Assembly (NCBI RefSeq): GCF_041146345.1
Contig: NW_027191404.1
Span: forward strand, 124,001-188,000
Direction: 5' to 3'
DNA from: Neodothiora populina
Taxonomy: Eukaryota
Length of the DNA stretch: 64,000 bases
Positions 59,333 to 64,000 of this stretch are shown here, in pieces. The first letter of the stretch is position 1. The number at the start of each line of letters is the position of its first letter. Both the position numbers and the translations under genes were made by a program. A model generated the notes under the pieces. The model was not told the origin of the DNA. It did not search any database and was given only the letters and a program-made list of their open reading frames with translations.

Positions 59333-60382
59333 ATGGAGGAAATACAAGCGACCCACCGCAAGCAACTGAAAGAACTGCAAAACAAAATCACGCAGAAGAA
59401 AAAGCAAGCGACGAAAAAGACGCGCAAGGGCGTCAACGACGAATGCGACAAACTCGAGCTCGAACTGAAGGAACGACAAGCAGCTGAATTGCTCGCCTTG
59501 ACGAATCCAGGATCCACTGCGACCGACGACACAAATGGAGATGAAGAACCAGACCTCGAAGAAAGCAATGGACCAGACGATGACAACGACGACGACGCAG
59601 CCCTCTGCCACCAAGCAGAGAAACAACTAGACATCACCTCAATACCAACCTCCACCTCCTCTCAATCAGAACCTCAACCCAAAAAACCCAACCGAGCGCG
59701 CGCCCGCCTCGCCCGCCGCCAAGCAGAGCAAGAGGCCCTCTTCGCCGCCGCCGAGCGCGAAGCAACCAATCTCCCCGACCTAAAACAACAAGAACGCAGC
59801 CGCATGCTGTCCGAGTTCGCGCGTCGAAACCTACGCGAGAAGGAAATCCGCGCTGATGGTCACTGTTTGTACTCTGCTGTCGCGGACCAGTTGTCTGAGC
59901 TCGGGATTCCCTTGACTACTGCTCCTGCATCTTCAGGGCGTGGAATGTCGGTTCCGTTTTTGGCGAGAAAGGGGGACGCAGGCGCAGAGGGGATTGTGCT
60001 TCCGTATCGGCAGGTCCGCAAGGCGGCTGCGGCGTATATCTCTTCTCATCCGGATGATTTCTCTGCCTTTCTAGAAGAGCCGCTGCCCGGATACGTCGAT
60101 AAAGTCGCCAACACAGGTGAGTGGGGCGGACAGCTGGAATTGCTGGCTTTGGCAAAGACGTACGGTGTGGACATCTCTGTGTTGCAGGGTGATGGGCGGG
60201 TCGAGGATATTATTGGGTCTTCTGAGTCTTCTGGTGCTGGCGCTGGGAAGAATGGTGATGCGGCAGCTGCAGCGGAGAAGGAAGGAGACAAAAGAATCTG
60301 GCTGGCTTATTATCGACATGGATTTGGCTTGGGCGAGCACTATAATAGTTTGCACAAGGCCGCTGCCTCGTCTTCATCTTGA
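59333..60382 (+). CDS. OTU2: OTU-domain deubiquitinase (Otu2/OTUD6B-like)
   Basis: Coiled-coil N-terminus HRKQLKELQNKI; Cys box DGHCLYSAV; WGGQLEL; His box GEHYNSL. Confidence 0.92.
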   Translation: MEEIQATHRKQLKELQNKITQKKKQATKKTRKGVNDECDKLELELKERQAAELLALTNPGSTATDDTNGDEEPDLEESNGPDDDNDDDAALCHQAEKQLDITSIPTSTSSQSEPQPKKPNRARARLARRQAEQEALFAAAEREATNLPDLKQQERSRMLSEFARRNLREKEIRADGHCLYSAVADQLSELGIPLTTAPASSGRGMSVPFLARKGDAGAEGIVLPYRQVRKAAAAYISSHPDDFSAFLEEPLPGYVDKVANTGEWGGQLELLALAKTYGVDISVLQGDGRVEDIIGSSESSGAGAGKNGDAAAAAEKEGDKRIWLAYYRHGFGLGEHYNSLHKAAASSSS

Positions 60383-61256
60383 AGCGTCTTATTTGGTGGG
60401 TGACGAAAAGTGGAACATGCAACAAAGTGCTCACGAAAGCACAAGCAAAAAGAGGCAGAAAACTGGAGCTGGAATGCTTCCTTTCTTTGGACTAGTAGAT
60501 ATTTATATACCCGATCGAAAAGTCATGTACTTGCTCCTTTGATCATCAGAAAACCCCCCTGCCGTTCGAGGGACCGTGACTGGCCACTTAGCTACCTACT
60601 CGATGGTAACAACTCACTGTATCCATCTCCTCCTGCTTTGCATATTTCCTGGTCTGTTCCTAGCGAATTCAGTAAAAGTTTCATTCGTAAGACATCGGCG
60701 AGAGGAAAACGGTTTTTAAAGTCGTCGTGTGGTCATCAACATCTCATTTCGTCTTTGATTAAAATAAAAGAGGTATACTACTAATGAAGGTCGAAGAAAA
60801 GAAGGATAGAAAAGGAAGCGACATAAAAGTGTCATTCGTCCTCCCCCTGTCGTTATTGTAACACATCTCTCCTCTGTCGTGTCTCATGTGTTGTTTTGCT
60901 GTTCCCGTATTTGCCCCTGTTCCTCTCGAACTGTCCCGACATTCGTCCTTTCGTAATTCGAAGTGTTACATCCCTTTTCCCGCCCTCTTCATTCTGTCTT
61001 TCGTCTTATTCATCGCGGAGTCGCATGTCTCATGTCGTGAACAGTAGAAAGAATGCCGAAGTCATGACGATCAAACCATCCCGCATCTCTGTCGGACTTC
61101 TGTCCTTCTCTGCTTTGCCTTTCGTCTCAGATCGTTGTTGAGTTGTCCTCTGTCAACTCATCCTTCGCCACCGACTGTTCGCGATTTGTTCATCGATCCA
61201 GTAAGCATTGATATCACGGCCGGTGGGAGAAGACTCGCACTTTGTCGTGGGACAAA

Positions 61257-64000
61257 TCATCGCCCTTGTCTTCCATTCCTTGATCCCCAACTGGTCTCAT
61301 CTTCGACAGCAGCACCCGAAGCGACAGGCTTACGTCTCACGGTACCCGTCGGTCTGTCGTTCCTGCCGGCATCATTGGAGCTGGGGTCTGCTACTTTGGC
61401 CTCTTTGCTAGGGCTCCTACTTCCCATAGGTCTCGGTCCAGTGATCTTGCGTGCCGACCCTTGGGCAGTCGGCGGTGAAGAGAACGGAGTAGTCGAGGCG
61501 TTCGAGTTCTCGTTGTTGTAAGCGCTGTTTGTAGCAACAGAAGGCCGGGCAGATGGATCGGGAGAGCGCTGTAGAGAAGATTAAATTAGTTCCTCGTAAC
61601 CCTGCAAAAAGAATTAAGAACAACTTACATGACCCTTGGAAGATGCCAATGATCTTATCGAACGCGAGTCAGTCTCGAGTGAGTACCGTACTTCTGGGAT
61701 TGGCTCCAGCAGATGTCCGGACCCGAGAGGCGATGAGTAGTACATCCTATCGTACGCGTGTCTCGGCTGCTTGTTCTTAGCGTCTTCTTCTTCCTCCTCC
61801 AGTCTACGTCTGGCCGCTTCGGCATTCTCCTTTTCTTGCTGTTGCTGTCGCGCAGACGGCTGCGCTTGTGGAATGAGCGGACCATCGTCTCGGGCAGCTG
61901 CAGAACCTGCCACTTTGCTCGTGCGCGCGAGTGAAAGCGAAGGGTTCGATCCCCATTGAGCCGGGTCAAAATCGCTGTCTGTTGTCTTGGCCGAAAGATC
62001 AGAGTCGGTCAGGCCCGAGGAAGGGTTGACTTCCTCTCCACTGAAAGTACGTGCTTGTGATTCGAGATTCGTCTGATGGCGGTGTGTGGGGCCTGGCCTC
62101 GGTTGTGGATGTTGAAGAAGCAAAGAATTGCGATATGCCTGGTACTTCGGATCATCGAAAGAAATGGCATCCAGATCATCAATGTCTTGATCGAAGCGTT
62201 GGAGGTCTTCCTGACGAAGTTGGTTGTTCGGTGAGGGGTGGCCTGCACCTCCGCTCATCAGAGGTTTCTCATGATGGTAGGATCCATTCTCAGAGGGCAA
62301 CAGTGGCGACGGTGTGCGAGTCAGAGTACTGCGGCCGCTTCGTAAGCTGGCAGCTTCGGCATTTTGCTCCCTCGCCAGAGATTGGGTAGAGCGAAGTCTG
62401 TCGTCGGACCTGAGGCGATAGTCATCGTCATTGTAGACATCTTTATCGATGCTATCGCCACTCCTCGACGCCTTGGAGTTGTTAGATTGGTAGCTTTTGC
62501 GCTTGTAGTCCTGATCAGTTGATGCAGTAGTCTTGGACCAACGGGAAAACTTTGGAATGCCAAACAGCGATGAGCTTGTTGATTTGTGCTTTCGCTGCTG
62601 CTCTGGCGACCGTTCAGGTGTACGGTCACGATCATCAACGAAACGAGCTTGAGGTGGCGTTCCAATTGAGCGAGGGCTTCGCTTATTGTAGCTTTCTTGT
62701 GTTGGGGTCAGCAGTCTCGGGTTTCCTTCAAAGTGGTCGTCCAATATCTGTTCTTCGTGAGGATTAAGGTAAGATTCGTCCTCGTCACCTTCTTCCATCA
62801 CAGTGCTGACACGGTTCACACTGCCTCTGCGCCCATCATAGCCAGAATGGAAGTGCTTGTCTTTAGTTGGCGTCAAAGACAATTGACCACCAGACTGATT
62901 AGGCGTAGAAGAAGTCCCTGCCTCGCCCTCTGGTTCGTACCCAGAGCTCACACCAGCTCGTCGTTCTTCATAATCATATGAGTCGAGACTGTCCGTCCGC
63001 AAAGACATGGGCGGTCTGACTGCGCCGGCGCCTTGCGAGACTTTGAGGACTTCAACATCACCGAGCAGCTGATTCAGCATATCCTCGATGCGTGCAAGGT
63101 CATTGTTGTTCCTACTGCTGAGGCCCTTGAGAGCGCGCTTGAAGATGTTTTTACGCTTAGTGGCGCTTTCTTCGCTGTCGTAGCTACCACGCGGGGAGCG
63201 TGCGGGAACAGCGCCAGCAGGCATTGGCCGAGGCCCACTGAGGACCTTTTGTACAGTGATGTCGGCATCGCGGTCCGTGTTCTTCATGATCATGCGGTCC
63301 TCCTCTGCTATAAACTTCTTCAGAGCATCGAATTCTTGCCTCATTTCGGCTGCACTGCGTACGAGAGTGACAAGTATCTCCGTATCGCGAGCGTTGCGCT
63401 GGGCATCGCGTACCGTCAAGTGATCCATCAAAGCAACCACATCCTCAGATTGAATACGGTCGATACCTTTTCCGGTCGCGCTATCGTATGGTGGCGATGC
63501 CAGGCCATGAGAGTTGGCGCTATAGTGACGTGCATGCTTGGTTCCTGCTCGGAGAAACTCTTCATCGTCGGGACCCATGGCAGCTTCGTACTCGGCTAGC
63601 TGCTGTGGTGTGAACTCTCGATCGTGGTGACCTTTGATCCTCTCACCTCGAGGAGATCGAGCGTGCGCGGCAGATGAATAGCCTTCGTCGCCAAGTTGAG
63701 CGTTGGGACTGAAAGGAGTGGCGTTCATGTGATCCAAATGTACAGCCTCTGCCTGGTGTACACCTGGTGTAGGGCCTCGATTGTAAGCATCCTCGACACT
63801 ATTGCGATAGGTCGTGTCTAGTGGTGAGACCGATGGCTTTTCGCTGCGGCCGAACAGGTGCTCAGCTGCTAGAGTTCCACCAGTAGCCTTACCAGCACCT
63901 AGCAGCGCAGCAGTCCTCTCATGATGATTACTACCCGGGGATAGGATGTCAGGGCTTCGAGTGCGATCCTTCAGGAAACCATCGGTATCATACGACCAGC
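61257..64000 (-). CDS. Large uncharacterised protein, 3' part only (5' end beyond window)
   Basis: Frame open from 64000; helical block DVVALMDHLTVRDAQRNARDTEILVTLVRSAAEMR; intron 61628-61569 leads to last exon (RKITGPRPM...TVRRKP) and TGA 61259-61257. Confidence 0.82.

Noticed and set aside
1..64000. CRISPR arrays, transposases, rRNA, snRNA
   Set aside because: No spaced direct-repeat arrays, transposase or reverse-transcriptase motifs, or conserved RNA signatures were recognised.

Overview
Eukaryotic DNA from a filamentous ascomycete (Pezizomycotina, probably a Dothideomycete; inferred from gene content and short GT-AG introns with CTRAY branch sites). About 18 protein-coding genes were found; I saw no tRNA/rRNA, transposon or CRISPR. 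The left ~19 kb is sensor-rich: two head-to-head hybrid histidine kinases, an SDR, a PTH11-like receptor and another 7TM-like protein. The rest is mostly housekeeping: FHL1-like FHA/forkhead factor, 2OG-Fe(II) oxygenase, DHA1 MFS transporter, neutral trehalase, Zn2Cys6 factor, agmatinase-like ureohydrolase, SNF7, TEN1, MDG1/CRP1-like CBM48 protein, PKA regulatory subunit, neutral ceramidase, OTU2 and a 5'-truncated large unknown protein. Highlights: (1) a hidden 4-exon gene at 54667-55188 (-), not recovered as a single ORF by the ORF track, encoding a 77-aa, 9-Cys membrane micro-protein that from memory resembles an uncharacterised land-plant family; (2) the GAF-type kinase of the divergent pair carries an in-frame TGA, an N-box Asn-to-Ile change and a frame break, while its partner is intact; (3) telomere-variant (TGACCC)4 repeats just upstream of TEN1. 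All calls come from reading the sequence only; no searches were run.
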